A stretch of 43,938 bases of DNA. Source: an uncultured Pseudobdellovibrionaceae bacterium. Lineage in GTDB: Bacteria; Pseudomonadota; Alphaproteobacteria; Micavibrionales; Micavibrionaceae. Numbering within the stretch: the first letter of the stretch is position 1; each line of letters starts with the position of its first letter. The notes under the pieces are model-generated. The model did not search any database. It saw only the letters and a program-made list of their open reading frames with translations, and had not been told where the DNA came from. The stretch spans positions 1-43,938 of the forward strand of contig CAZKGT010000001.1 of assembly GCA_964552285.1 (NCBI GenBank), written 5' to 3'. Positions 43,872 to 43,938 of the stretch are shown piece after piece. A program made the position numbers and the translations under genes.

Positions 43872-43938
43872 TATCGAATAAAGTGTAAAAGTCACAATTT
43901 GATCTGACGGTTACGAATTATCGGCCAGCTACACTTTG

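Overview
This is a chromosomal window of about 44 kb from a GC-rich Gram-negative bacterium. The gene order looks alphaproteobacterial (thioredoxin-TPR/LonN/Trm112 block, NYN-domain gene next to rpoZ, TorF-type porin), but that is inference only. All calls come from reading the six-frame translations and the DNA by eye. No BLAST or HMM search was possible.

Contents, left to right:
- A 5'-truncated dihydroorotase gene (pyrC).
- An 8.5-kb gene for a 2,846-aa cadherin/FG-GAP/LamG/RTX giant adhesin, with no secretion genes nearby.
- queA-queH, two consecutive queuosine biosynthesis steps.
- ubiT-ubiU-ubiV, the O2-independent ubiquinone hydroxylation genes.
- A flagellin whose variable region is a LamG/ConA-like domain. 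It is convergent with a CheY-like response regulator that sits downstream of a Pat-type protein acetyltransferase.
- A group-3b-like [NiFe]-hydrogenase operon: 4Fe-4S beta subunit, an embedded cNMP-binding-like protein, FAD/NAD gamma subunit, small subunit, large subunit and endopeptidase.
- An atypical maturation operon: a zinc-finger-less HypA-like gene, then hypF, a HAD hydrolase, hypC, a GNAT acetyltransferase and hypD. No hypB or hypE is present.
- Two SDR epimerases and a GT4 glycosyltransferase.
- A lower-GC two-gene module (an unrecognisable 496-aa protein plus a divergent FtsH paralog) abutting tRNA-Gly(GCC).
- Two small orphan ORFs.
- Housekeeping genes: a ProX-type deacylase, a CnoX-like thioredoxin-TPR protein, a LonN-domain protein, Trm112, a TorF-like porin, a family-5-like UDG, a NYN-domain protein and rpoZ.

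The most unusual sequence-level signal is a set of six palindromic MITE/REP-like elements from three families, all confined to the 23.0-32.5 kb hydrogenase/glycosyl region. One is a perfect 42-bp-armed, 126-bp element inserted in frame inside hypF. Another supplies the C-terminal tail and stop codon of the hydrogenase protease. Another shows one element nested inside a second.

I found no CRISPR array, integrase, transposase or rRNA.
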